This document shows, one piece after another, positions 37,430-46,892 of a DNA stretch of 64,000 nt. Position 1 is the first letter of the stretch. Each line of letters starts with the position of its first letter. Position numbers and translations under genes: made by a program. The DNA comes from Fimbriimonadia bacterium. Its GTDB lineage: Bacteria > Armatimonadota > Fimbriimonadia > Fimbriimonadales > JABRVX01. Below the pieces are notes generated by a model. It made no database searches. It was not told the DNA's origin and saw nothing but the letters and a program-made list of their open reading frames with translations. Location of the stretch: positions 1 through 64,000 of the forward strand of contig JABRVX010000059.1 in NCBI GenBank assembly GCA_039961735.1. Reading direction: 5' to 3'.

Positions 37430-38533
37430 GTGGCTGACACATCGTACGAGTGGCCTCCGGATATCCTCGAACTGGTGGAGCAATCCAAGTCAACCGGCTG
37501 GGTTACGCTCGATCAGATCAACGCGTGTCTCTCCGAGGACGACTTGGAGCGATTGGACGATCTGTTCGCCATGCTGGAGCGCTCGGGCATCAAGGTCGCC
37601 GAAGTGGCCGTCGTTCACATGCGCAAGCCCGAGACCGAGGAGCCCGAGATCCCGAAGGAGGCGGACCTTACCGGAGAAGACCTCGCAGCGCTCGAAGGGC
37701 CTGCGGTGGAGGACGCGGTAAAGGTCTGGCTGCGGCTCATCGGTCGGGTCCCCCTACTGCATGCGGACCAAGAGTTGAAACTGGCCAAGCTGGCTTCGGA
37801 GGGTCACGAGTGGGCTAAGCTCGCGCTGGTCGAGGCGAACCTTCGCCTGGTCGTCTCCATTGCTAAGCGCTTCACAGGGCGGGGGCTGCCCCTGGCAGAC
37901 CTGATCCAAGACGGGAACGTGGGTCTCATCCGCGCGGTGGACAAGTTCGATTACACCAAGGGGTTTCGGTTCAGCACCTACGCGAGCTGGTGGATTCGCC
38001 AATCCATTACGCGTGGGCTGGCCGATCATGGGCGCACGATCCGCATCCCCGTGCACATGGTGGAGACGATCAATCGCCTGGTGAAAGCCACCAGCCGGTT
38101 GGTGCAGCGATTGGGCCGCGAGCCGACGCTGGAAGAGATCGGCGTGGAGTTGGGAGTCCCTGTCGAGCGGGTGACGGAGCTGATGCGGATCGCGCCGCAC
38201 CCGGTTTCGCTGGAGACGCCCGTCGGCGAAGACGAAGGCTCGGTGCTTGCCGACTTCTTGGAAGACAGCCGGACCGCATCGCTGGATATCGCCTCGCGAC
38301 TCGCGCTGCGAGACCGCATCGAGGATGCACTCTCCGTGCTGTCGGAGCGTGAGCGCACTGTCATCATGCTTCGCTTCGGTCTTCACGACGGCAACATGTA
38401 CACGCTGGAAGACGTGGGCCGGGCACTGAACGTGACGCGGGAGCGGGTACGGCAGATCGAACAGCGGGCGTTTCGCAAGCTGCGCCGCCCTAAACAGGCC
38501 CGGAAGCTGAAGGACGTCAGCGAGGAGAGCTAA
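37430..38533 (+). CDS. rpoD: RNA polymerase sigma factor, sigma-70 family primary-like (short RpoD/SigA)
   Basis: Regions 1.2 to 4: [39 protein letters not shown] (region 2) and the region 4 HTH ([19 protein letters not shown]). GTG start. Confidence 0.85.
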   Translation: MADTSYEWPPDILELVEQSKSTGWVTLDQINACLSEDDLERLDDLFAMLERSGIKVAEVAVVHMRKPETEEPEIPKEADLTGEDLAALEGPAVEDAVKVWLRLIGRVPLLHADQELKLAKLASEGHEWAKLALVEANLRLVVSIAKRFTGRGLPLADLIQDGNVGLIRAVDKFDYTKGFRFSTYASWWIRQSITRGLADHGRTIRIPVHMVETINRLVKATSRLVQRLGREPTLEEIGVELGVPVERVTELMRIAPHPVSLETPVGEDEGSVLADFLEDSRTASLDIASRLALRDRIEDALSVLSERERTVIMLRFGLHDGNMYTLEDVGRALNVTRERVRQIEQRAFRKLRRPKQARKLKDVSEES

Positions 38534-38774
38534 CTACCACGTTGCACGTGGCTGCCTCCCGGCTGTTGTCACCTCACTCGCCGTTCGCAGTATTGCATTA
38601 GGTAGCAGCGCTCTATGCACCATGCTGAGCCTCCTCCCCCGTGTTAGATATCATCTCGGTAGCGATCATTCAGCACAGCAACTCGAATAAGCACATGAAC
38701 ACCCAAACCGTCATGCTGAGCCCCCGACCCCGTGTATTAGCCAACACACCAGCAAAGTTCCGTCATAAAGTTCC

Positions 38775-38984
38775 GTCATGCTGAGCCTGTCGAAGCATGA
38801 CCGCGCCTGATGCGAACGTCGCGGTTTCATGTGGTAGCGAGTGGCTGACGGATGCATGCTTCGACAGGCTCAGCATGACGTTAGCTTCGACAGGCTCAGC
38901 ATGACGTTAGCTTCGACAGGCTCAGCATGACGTTAGCTTCGACAAGCTCAGCATGACGTTAGCTTCGACAGGCTCAGCATGACG
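38775..38984. repeat. Palindromic repeat cluster: one inverted copy gtcatgctgagcctgtcgaagcatgac (38775-38801) followed by about 5 tandem copies of the 26-bp unit ttagcttcgacaggctcagcatgacg (38855-38984). Additional half-site copies gtcatgctgagcc at 38621-38631 and 38710-38722.
   Basis: Read directly. The unit is itself a hairpin (gtcatgct...agcatgac). The region downstream of rpoD is non-coding and lower in GC. Confidence 0.8.
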
Positions 38985-39079
38985 ACATAGTGGCATAGCA
39001 CATGTGATAGCAGCTAACAGGAGATGCAGTGACGGTGAGCGATAGGACGTGGAGAGAACTCGAGCCGTGGCAGCAGGTA

Positions 39080-40948
39080 TCAATCGTCCATAATCAGCCA
39101 CTCCACCCCGAATGCAGGCAATCTGCGTTCTAGGCGCCCAGCCTTCGTGTGGATGACCGAACGCGTGAAAGCCTCGGTGCACTCGCGAAGGGCACCTAGC
39201 GACAGGGACGCGGTCACCGGCGAAGACGTCGGGTTCACGAGCAAGAAGTGCTCCTGGCCGCGCAAGCGCCACGTCGCTGCGAACGCCCCGGCACAAGCAA
39301 CCGTTTGCCACTCGCTCTCGGAAACCACCTCTCCGAAACGCCGAAGCATTCGGTTCACGGCTCCGATCTCTGCCCAGCGCTGCTCAAAGTCGGCTTCTCT
39401 GCGAAGGTCGTGGTAGGAGTAAGCTAGGAGCCCCCCTGCTCCGGAGGCGAGAGCCAGGAACGCCATCGCTCGGTACTCGGCGACGGTCGGCGCCCTGAAA
39501 CCCGGGCCTGGAGAATAGTTGGCCTTGTTAAAGGCCTGCACTACTGCCCACACGGGCCGACCGGTATCTACACCCGCCTGAACCCAATCGCGAACCAGGG
39601 TCAGAGGCGAACCGGGCACCGGATAGGGGTCCACGCCGATGATGTCAGTGGTGTCCCAGAACTCGTAGGCGGACTCCGGTTGATTGGTGACCGCGAGGCA
39701 CGGATGCTCTGGATCCAAGGTGACAACCATCTCGTAGAGCCAACGCAGTTCCTCGGCGTGTTCCGGGCCGCTCTCATCGTTCACGTACCAGGCGAGAAGG
39801 GCGGGGTGGTCCTTGAGTGTTGTGACCACCGTGCGGAGCACGTTCTCGCGGCCTTCGATGCCCGGCATTCGCCGGAGCGGATAGCGCACGTGCTCATAGA
39901 GATCCTTCAGCGAGACAAGAACACGCAGTCCCAGACGACCAGCAGCGTCCAAGTATTTGCGACAATCTTCTACAGAACCGCTCAATAGACCGTAAGGCAA
40001 AACGCAGTTGAAACCTGCATCGGCTATCTGCTGCAACCTCGCAGGAGTCGTCTCGGACTTCCAGCCCTCGCTGTCGTACACGCCGAGGGGGAAGAAGGGT
40101 CTCCCGTGGATACGCAGCCTGACCCCGTCGAAGGCCACACGCTTGGGGGCCGACATCCCCTTCGTCAGCTCTCGCACGTACCGGCGCTTGGTATCGCCTT
40201 GCGGGCCCAGCCAATCGACGACAAGGTGATGACGGCCCGGGGACAGATCGGACGCATCCAGACACAACGTTGTCGGTTCAGCGGCCGTGACGGTGGAACT
40301 CGAGCCACCCGGTGATGCCCAGAACGCACGAACCGCATGACCCTCCGAGACCGCTTCCGGCGGAAGCCGGACCTCGACCCGCACCGTGTCGCACCCGTCC
40401 AGGCGGCCTCGGAACCACGGCTCGAGGATGGTGACGTGCCAGTCATCGCGACCGATTGCGAACAATTCCAGGTCGTCGAACCAAGCCGTGCCGGTTGAGC
40501 CCTTCGCGACGTAGCATACGAATCGTACGCCGCGGGCCGCAGTCGGCGCAACGGCGGTAACCGCCTCGACGCGGGTCCAGCCCGACGTGCCCGTGACCCC
40601 TCTCGGATAGCAGCCGCCTAGGAACTCGCCTGCCGTACCGATCCACTCCAGCGCGATGGTCGCCCCGACTTCGGTCCCGACGACATCTTCCGTGCGAATC
40701 CAAGCGCAGATTTTGTATCTGGCCCCTGGCTTCACTGGAACGACCTGAGAGGCTATTCTGTACAAGTCTACATGAATATTCTTGTACTTTGTGGACGCCG
40801 AACCCGAACGGTGGACCGAGCGGTCTATGCCCCACACAGGACCAGGCATGTTCCAACCACCCGCCTCCTCGAACCCCGCGTTGCGGAGGAGGTTGGATGT
40901 CAACGTTTGCGTAAGGCAGCACACCAAGACCGCGACAAGAGATTGCAT
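39080..40948 (-). CDS. Secreted glycoside-hydrolase-like protein (N-terminal carbohydrate-binding beta-sandwich plus TIM-barrel-like domain)
   Basis: Signal peptide. N-terminal GFEE...W...AWFDDLELF, a CBM4/9-like signature. Downstream alternating beta/alpha region. Family not pinned. Confidence 0.5.
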   Translation of the reverse strand: MQSLVAVLVCCLTQTLTSNLLRNAGFEEAGGWNMPGPVWGIDRSVHRSGSASTKYKNIHVDLYRIASQVVPVKPGARYKICAWIRTEDVVGTEVGATIALEWIGTAGEFLGGCYPRGVTGTSGWTRVEAVTAVAPTAARGVRFVCYVAKGSTGTAWFDDLELFAIGRDDWHVTILEPWFRGRLDGCDTVRVEVRLPPEAVSEGHAVRAFWASPGGSSSTVTAAEPTTLCLDASDLSPGRHHLVVDWLGPQGDTKRRYVRELTKGMSAPKRVAFDGVRLRIHGRPFFPLGVYDSEGWKSETTPARLQQIADAGFNCVLPYGLLSGSVEDCRKYLDAAGRLGLRVLVSLKDLYEHVRYPLRRMPGIEGRENVLRTVVTTLKDHPALLAWYVNDESGPEHAEELRWLYEMVVTLDPEHPCLAVTNQPESAYEFWDTTDIIGVDPYPVPGSPLTLVRDWVQAGVDTGRPVWAVVQAFNKANYSPGPGFRAPTVAEYRAMAFLALASGAGGLLAYSYHDLRREADFEQRWAEIGAVNRMLRRFGEVVSESEWQTVACAGAFAATWRLRGQEHFLLVNPTSSPVTASLSLGALRECTEAFTRSVIHTKAGRLERRLPAFGVEWLIMDD

Positions 40949-41059
40949 TCGACTTCCCGATACACCTGCTCCCCCATTGACCGCGGGCTCGTCACGGCCC
41001 TTCGGCGGGGGCGCCTAGTATACTAATCGGTCGCGCCGCGCTCGGCGCCGGGAGGAACC

Positions 41060-42058
41060 ATGACGCACAACATCACGCTCATCCCAGGAGATGGCATCGG
41101 GCCAGAAGTGGTGGAGGCCGCCGTTCGTGTCGTCGAGGCCACCGGGGTACGAGTGGACTGGGACCGGCACGACGCCGGTGCCGAGGTGTACACCCGGTAC
41201 GGCACTACGGTGCCCGACGAGGTGTTCACGTCTCTGCTCCGCAACCGGGTGGGCATCAAGGGCCCCATCACCACACCCGTCGGGACCGGCTTTGCCAGCG
41301 CGAACGTGCTGATGCGTCAACGGCTGCAACTCTACGCCAACGTGCGGCCGGTGAAGACCCTGCCCGGCATCCAAACGCCCTTTCCGAACGTGGACCTGAT
41401 CGTGGTGCGAGAGAACAGCGAAGGCATGTACTCGGGGCTGGAGCACCAGGTGGTGCCTGGCGTTGTCGAGAGCCTGAAGGTGGTCACCGAGAAGGGTAGC
41501 ACGCGCATCGCGCAGTATGCCTTCGAACTGGCGCGCAGGCTCGGCAGGCAGCGGGTCACCGCGGTGCACAAAGCGAACATCATGAAGCTCTCCGACGGAC
41601 TCTTCCTCGACTGCTTTCGCAAGGTCGCCAGGCAGTACAGCGACATTCAGGCCGACGAACTGATCATAGATAACACCTGCATGCAACTGGTGATGCGCCC
41701 AGAGCGATTCGATGTGATGGTGATGGAGAATCTGTACGGTGACATCGTGTCCGACTTATGCGCGGGGTTGATAGGCGGTCTGGGGCTTACTGCCAGTGTC
41801 AACGTGGGGGAGAGCTGCTCGCTCTACGAGGCCGTTCATGGCAGTGCTCCGGACATCGCGGGGCAGAACAAGGCGAATCCCATCGCGTTGATTCAGTGTG
41901 CCGCCATGATGCTGCGCGACCTGAGAGAAACCGATGCGGCGGACCGCGTCGAAAAGGCGGTGCACACCGTGCTGCGTGAGGGCAAGACGCTTACGCCCGA
42001 CCTCGGAGGCAGCGCCACCACCTCCGAGATCACCGACGCGATCATTGCGGCCATGTAG
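41060..42058 (+). CDS. Isocitrate/isopropylmalate dehydrogenase family protein (NAD-IDH/homoisocitrate dehydrogenase-like, 332 aa)
   Basis: [12 protein letters not shown]-terminus, [20 protein letters not shown] and GSAPDIAG motifs. Confidence 0.8.
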   Translation: MTHNITLIPGDGIGPEVVEAAVRVVEATGVRVDWDRHDAGAEVYTRYGTTVPDEVFTSLLRNRVGIKGPITTPVGTGFASANVLMRQRLQLYANVRPVKTLPGIQTPFPNVDLIVVRENSEGMYSGLEHQVVPGVVESLKVVTEKGSTRIAQYAFELARRLGRQRVTAVHKANIMKLSDGLFLDCFRKVARQYSDIQADELIIDNTCMQLVMRPERFDVMVMENLYGDIVSDLCAGLIGGLGLTASVNVGESCSLYEAVHGSAPDIAGQNKANPIALIQCAAMMLRDLRETDAADRVEKAVHTVLREGKTLTPDLGGSATTSEITDAIIAAM

Positions 42059-42193
42059 CGCACGACGCTAGGGCTCGCAAAAAACTCGCACTACCTTACC
42101 GAACCGAACGGCACGAGCCACGTCTAATCCTGCCGGCTAGCGAGTATGCATACGACGCAGGTATCTGACCAACCCATAGGAGGAGTATCACCA

Positions 42194-42664
42194 GTGAAGC
42201 GACTCATGGCATTTGCAGCTTGCCTGCTGTTGGCGTCGGCATTCGCGATGGCGCAGGAGCAGGAAAACGTTAGGATCGGCGGCAAGGGTGTCTTGCTCGC
42301 CCGTGGCGAAGGACAGGTGAGACTAGCAGGCTCCGGTATCGTACACCTCAAGGGCACGGGGTTGCTCGTTATTGCCGGGGTCACCGAGGATCAGTTCCGC
42401 GTAGAGGGCTTCACCCTCAAGTCCCGGGAGGGTGACCGTTGGACCTTCGAAGGAGAGGGACACGCTACCATCAGGGCTACCAGGTTCGGAATGGAGTTCG
42501 ATGGCAAGGTCGCACTGGCAGCGGCCGGAAAGGGCGTCGCGAACCTTCGCGGCAAAGGCGTATACAAGGTTCGCCACCCCTTCGGCCACTGGATCCGAGG
42601 CGAGTGGTCGGACGACGGAGTGCGCCTCAGCTACGAAAGCCCCCCGCCTCCCCGCGGACGTTAG
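42194..42664 (+). CDS. Secreted hypothetical protein
   Basis: GTG start 7 nt after GGAGGAG. Signal peptide VKRLMAFAACLLLASAFAMA. Repeated G(K/E)G beta-strand-like segments. Confidence 0.5.
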   Translation: MKRLMAFAACLLLASAFAMAQEQENVRIGGKGVLLARGEGQVRLAGSGIVHLKGTGLLVIAGVTEDQFRVEGFTLKSREGDRWTFEGEGHATIRATRFGMEFDGKVALAAAGKGVANLRGKGVYKVRHPFGHWIRGEWSDDGVRLSYESPPPPRGR

Positions 42665-42742
42665 TCACTTCCCTGCCCCCATACGGCCCTCCCGGGTGCG
42701 GGAGGGCCGTCGTCTTAAACCCAAAGGTACACTTCCGCCGCG

Positions 42743-43216
42743 ATGGCCAAGAGAGACAAGCGGAGCAAGGAACAAAGCGGCCCCGCCACGATCCAGAACC
42801 GCAAGGCAAGGCACGACTACGAGATATTCGACACCTTCGAAGCGGGCATCGTGCTTATCGGCCCGGAGGTCAAGTCGGTGTACCTGGGCAACGTGCAGCT
42901 CGCCGACGGCTACTGTCAGGTGGAGGACGGCGAGCTGTGGCTGAAGGGCGTGTATATCGCACCCTACGAGCAGGCGGGGCGCTGGAACTTAGAGGAGCGG
43001 CGCCCGCGCAAGCTGCTGATGCACAAGAGCGAGATCATGCGCCTGAAGGCCAAGTCGCAGGAAAAGGGTCTCACCATCGTCCCGCTCAAAGTGTATTTCG
43101 CGCACGGCAAGGCCAAGGTACAGATTGGCCTAGCGCGGGGCAAGCGGATGTATGACAAGCGCGAGGCCATTGCCAAGAAGGACGAGCGCCGCGCCCGCGA
43201 GCGAGGCCAAGACTAG
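42743..43216 (+). CDS. smpB: SsrA-binding protein
   Basis: Characteristic N-terminus (IQNRKARHDYEI...) and basic C-terminal tail. Confidence 0.9.
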   Translation: MAKRDKRSKEQSGPATIQNRKARHDYEIFDTFEAGIVLIGPEVKSVYLGNVQLADGYCQVEDGELWLKGVYIAPYEQAGRWNLEERRPRKLLMHKSEIMRLKAKSQEKGLTIVPLKVYFAHGKAKVQIGLARGKRMYDKREAIAKKDERRARERGQD

Positions 43217-43234
43217 GCCGGGGGAGGCAGCCCG

Positions 43235-44980
43235 TTACTGCCCCGCCGTGATCACCGTCTCGTCAATCTTCAGGTGCTTCCACATCTGTATCGTCGAGCG
43301 CTTCCCGTTCTCGTCGTACGGGTCCAAGACGATCGGTGCGTGGAGGAAGCGTGAATGGGGTGTTGTATGGCAGTCTTTGCACCCCTGGGCGCCAAGTGCA
43401 CGAGATGCCGCCGCTACGTTGTGGCTGAAGGTCCACCTCAGAGGCTGTGCCTGGCGATGTTCGCTCTTGGTCACCTTTCCGGCAGTCTCGGCATAGACCG
43501 TGTGACCCTTTACATACACAGGGTTGGGCCGCGAAAAACGCCCGCCGGAGAGCGTGGAGCGCAGGGCCTCCAGCATCGCCAGGATTTCCGACTCGGTGTT
43601 AGCCTCGGGCTTGCCGTCACCATTGTCGTCCTTGATCGCCGCCTGTGCTCGGAGATAGGCTGCCTTCGTCTCGGCGAGCGTGAGTGGGTAGATGATATCG
43701 CCATCACGGTGGCCCCACCAGACCGGGAGCAGGGCGTTGCCAGCATAGATGCGGCCGTCTGCGAGTCGAAATAGAGACATGCTCCACTCGAAGCTCTCTC
43801 CGTATTTCTTCGCCTCCGGATGCGTCGGTACACCGATGGCCGCCCCGGTGGTAGTATCCACTGCCAGCACAGCGGTCACGTTCTGATCACGCACATGGCA
43901 CGTTACGCAGGCAATGCTCTTCAGGTGGCTCGGTGGGGTCGAGGGGTGCTGCGGCTTCTTGGCTCCGAGCTCGCCCCGAGCGTGGCAGGATTCGCATGAT
44001 AGCGTAGGATCGTCTAAGTCGTCGCGCAAGGTCACTTCGTTCGAGCGCCCCTTACGGATCTGGTGGTCGGCCCCTGTGACATGACAAGAGGTGCACTTCA
44101 TTCCTCTCGACGAGTGAATATCTTCGTTCCGGCCATCCCAAACATGCCCGCGCTTCTTCACCTCCGCCTCACCGTGGCACAGTAGGCAGTTCGCGTCCGT
44201 GACCCGCCCGATTTGCAATCGCACGGTCCCGTCCTTCGCTACTCCCTGATAGCGCAGCTTGGGCGTTTGGCCAGCGAGCACCGAGCCTTCCACGGTGGCC
44301 AACCTGGCCCCAACGGACGCGGCCCACCGGAAGTTACCCTGGGATAGCTGCTGCCATCGGCCCGCAAAGTCGTACTTCGGCTGGTGGCAGATAAGGCAGT
44401 CTGCTTCCACCACTCCGGACTTCACCCACTCGGCCGCGAAGTAATCACCGTCGAAGGATGCGGCAATTCCGGGATTGGCGGCCTGATGCTTGTCCATGCG
44501 GTTGCCGTTCCTGTCCAGTTCCGCCAAGCCACCGCCGGGGTGGCACTTCCCGCACGACAGCTCGAACTGATACGCAGATAGCCCCACTTCCGCGGCAGAG
44601 CCGTTTTTCTTCTTACCTAGCCACTCGTAAGACATGTGGAACTGGCGGCCGAACTGCCCATCCGAGCTAACCCAAGGCCTGCCTTGCTTCGTACCATAAT
44701 CGTCCGAGATTCGGTCTGCTCCCATCTGAAAGTGGTAGGCCGCGGTAATCGCGTCGTAGTCGTGGCACTGTCCGCAGGTCTGCTTGGGACTGTAGGGAGC
44801 CGGGCTGGGAGCCGTAGGGTCTACGGGATTGCCAGCCTCATCGAGAAGAGTGACGTCCGGATGGCCGTCCCAATCGGACGAGGTCGGATCTTGCGCCTGA
44901 TTGCTGGCCGAGGAGAAGAGAAAGCAGATGCCCAGGAGCGAGACGCCCCACACAAAGGGAAGGAGCCGAATACTTGCCAT
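43235..44980 (-). CDS. Secreted multihaem c-type cytochrome (8 CxxCH motifs)
   Basis: Signal peptide MASIRLLPFVWGVSLLGICFLFSSASNQA. Motifs: CGQCH, CGKCH, CLICH, CLLCH, CTSCH, CESCH, CVTCH, CKDCH. Confidence 0.8.
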   Translation of the reverse strand: MASIRLLPFVWGVSLLGICFLFSSASNQAQDPTSSDWDGHPDVTLLDEAGNPVDPTAPSPAPYSPKQTCGQCHDYDAITAAYHFQMGADRISDDYGTKQGRPWVSSDGQFGRQFHMSYEWLGKKKNGSAAEVGLSAYQFELSCGKCHPGGGLAELDRNGNRMDKHQAANPGIAASFDGDYFAAEWVKSGVVEADCLICHQPKYDFAGRWQQLSQGNFRWAASVGARLATVEGSVLAGQTPKLRYQGVAKDGTVRLQIGRVTDANCLLCHGEAEVKKRGHVWDGRNEDIHSSRGMKCTSCHVTGADHQIRKGRSNEVTLRDDLDDPTLSCESCHARGELGAKKPQHPSTPPSHLKSIACVTCHVRDQNVTAVLAVDTTTGAAIGVPTHPEAKKYGESFEWSMSLFRLADGRIYAGNALLPVWWGHRDGDIIYPLTLAETKAAYLRAQAAIKDDNGDGKPEANTESEILAMLEALRSTLSGGRFSRPNPVYVKGHTVYAETAGKVTKSEHRQAQPLRWTFSHNVAAASRALGAQGCKDCHTTPHSRFLHAPIVLDPYDENGKRSTIQMWKHLKIDETVITAGQ

Positions 44981-45286
44981 GGCGTAATCAACCTCCACAA
45001 GCTGATCCCAGCCGCGCCCAGGCCACCCGGGGTTCTCCTGCTTCAAGGCAAGTTGACGAAAGACCTCGTAAAACCGAGGTCCTCTTTGCCACCCCGCGGA
45101 CAGCGAGCCCACTCGACTCCCTGCCTCACACGACGGCTCTTTGACTATTTTACCATATAGCCAAGAATAGCGCTCGCCCAAGAGGCCCAAGTAGCTGCCC
45201 TCTTGAACCGGGTGCTTGCCAGGCGTCGGTCTGACCCGGTAATCTTGGCCCTTGTTGGGTCAACGCGGACCGCATCAAGCTGCAAA

Positions 45287-45330
45287 GACGCCGGCGAGCG
45301 ACGGGATCGCTTCGGCGTCTTCGTCATTTG
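45287..45330 (+). terminator. GC-rich hairpin (gacgccggcgagcgacgggatcgcttcggcgtc) followed by ttcgtcatttgtg, about 70 nt upstream of glnA. Candidate attenuator or leader element.
   Basis: Inverted repeat read directly. Lies in the divergent region between the cytochrome gene and glnA. Confidence 0.35.
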
Positions 45331-45397
45331 TGCACCGCGCAGCCCCGCCGCAGCCATCCTCGCCCGCGTGGGGAAGGCACACCATGAAGGAGGAGCA

Positions 45398-46813
45398 ATG
45401 AGCCCGCGAGAGGTCGTTCAGTACGCGCGCGACAACGACATTGAGATCGTAGACTACCGTTACACGGACCCCATCGGCTCCTGGCATCACTATTCGATGC
45501 CGGTCAACATGTTTTCGGAAGCCTCGTTCGAGGAGGGCATCGGCTTCGATGGTTCGTCCATTCGCTGTTTCAAGACCATCGAGCAGTCGGACATGTTGCT
45601 GATACCCGACCCGGACGTCCACTTCATCGACCCGTTCAGCAAGTACAAGACGCTGGTAATCGTGTGCGACATCATTGACCCAGAGACACGCCGACCCTAC
45701 GACCGGAGCCCGAGGTTGGTAGCACGAAACGCCGTCGAATACATGCGGCAGACGGGCATCGCGGACACCGTGTTCTTCGGACCGGAGCTGGAGTTTCACG
45801 TTTTCGACGAGGTGCGGTTCGACCAGAACAACCACTCCTCCATGCACTTCGTGGACTGTGCGGAGGGAATATGGAATAGCGGACGAGTGGATAAGCCCGC
45901 ACCCGGCCACAAGATGCAGGTTCGCGGCGGATACACGCCGGTCCCACCCAACGACACGCTGCAGGACCTGCGCGGCGAGATGATTGCCACTTTGCGCGAT
46001 GTCGGGGTGGAGATGGAGTCGCACCACCACGAGGTAGGCGCTGCCGGCCAGTGCGAGCTCGGCCTTCGGTTCGCTCAGATGCTGCGCCAGGCCGACCAGG
46101 TGATGATCTATAAGTACGTGATCAAGAACGTGGCTTTCCGCAACGGCTTCACGGCCACGTTTATGCCCAAGCCCATCTACGGCGACAATGGGAGCGGCAT
46201 GCACTGCCACCAGAGCTTGTGGAAGAACGAACAGAACCTGATGTACGATGAGCACGGGTACGCTGGGCTCTCAAAGCTCGCGCTCCACTACATCGGCGGC
46301 CTGTTAGAACACGCACCTTCGATCCTTGCGTTTGCGGCACCTACCACCAACTCGTATCGCAGGTTGGTGCCGGGATACGAGGCTCCGATCAACCTGGTGT
46401 ATAGCAAGCGCAATCGCAGCGCGTGCATCCGCATCCCGACATTCAACCCAGCGCCACACGCCAAGCGACTGGAGTTCCGCGCTCCCGACCCGAGCTGCAA
46501 CCCCTACTTGGCATTCGCGGCGCAGCTGATGGCGGGCCTCGACGGCATCCGAAGGGAAATCGTTCCTCCGGATCCCATCGAGAAGGACGTGTACCACCTC
46601 TCGCCCGAAGAGGACGCAAAGGTCCGCAAGACTCCGGGAAGTCTGGCGGATGCGCTGACGGCACTCGAGCGGGACAATGAGTATCTAACAACGGGCGGTG
46701 TGTTCAGCACCGACCTGCTGCAGGAGTACATCCGGTACAAGCGTGAGGAAGAGGTCCTTCAACTGAGTCTTCGGCCGCATCCGTACGAGTTCATGATGTA
46801 CTACGGTGTATAG
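45398..46813 (+). CDS. glnA: Glutamine synthetase type I
   Basis: GS-I signatures (FDGSSIR, HxHxE region MESHHHEVGAAGQCE, KPIYGDNGSGMHCHQSLW, Tyr adenylylation-loop region). GGAGGAG RBS before the ATG at 45398. Confidence 0.9.
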   Translation: MSPREVVQYARDNDIEIVDYRYTDPIGSWHHYSMPVNMFSEASFEEGIGFDGSSIRCFKTIEQSDMLLIPDPDVHFIDPFSKYKTLVIVCDIIDPETRRPYDRSPRLVARNAVEYMRQTGIADTVFFGPELEFHVFDEVRFDQNNHSSMHFVDCAEGIWNSGRVDKPAPGHKMQVRGGYTPVPPNDTLQDLRGEMIATLRDVGVEMESHHHEVGAAGQCELGLRFAQMLRQADQVMIYKYVIKNVAFRNGFTATFMPKPIYGDNGSGMHCHQSLWKNEQNLMYDEHGYAGLSKLALHYIGGLLEHAPSILAFAAPTTNSYRRLVPGYEAPINLVYSKRNRSACIRIPTFNPAPHAKRLEFRAPDPSCNPYLAFAAQLMAGLDGIRREIVPPDPIEKDVYHLSPEEDAKVRKTPGSLADALTALERDNEYLTTGGVFSTDLLQEYIRYKREEEVLQLSLRPHPYEFMMYYGV

Positions 46814-46834
46814 CGGGTAACCACCCTCGACCGC

Positions 46835-46867
46835 GTTGCCCTGGAGCAGCCTCTGCTCCAGGGCAAC
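46835..46867. terminator. Bidirectional terminator hairpin (gttgccctggagcag/cct/ctgctccagggcaac) between convergent glnA and the metalloprotease gene
   Basis: Perfect 15-bp stem read directly. Confidence 0.65.
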
Positions 46868-46892
46868 GTCATACGTACGGCACTTGGAGGCT

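Noticed and set aside
38540-39079. Searched for tmRNA, 6S or RNase P RNA in the non-coding stretch after rpoD and near smpB
   Set aside because: No tRNA-like acceptor/T-arm ending, and no characteristic GGGGGCG tmRNA start, was found. The region is explained by the hairpin repeat array.
45203-45397. Possible sigma54 promoter or glutamine riboswitch upstream of glnA
   Set aside because: The TGGC...TTG spacing does not fit the -24/-12 consensus. I cannot match the glnA RNA motif from memory. Only the hairpin was retained, as a low-confidence feature.
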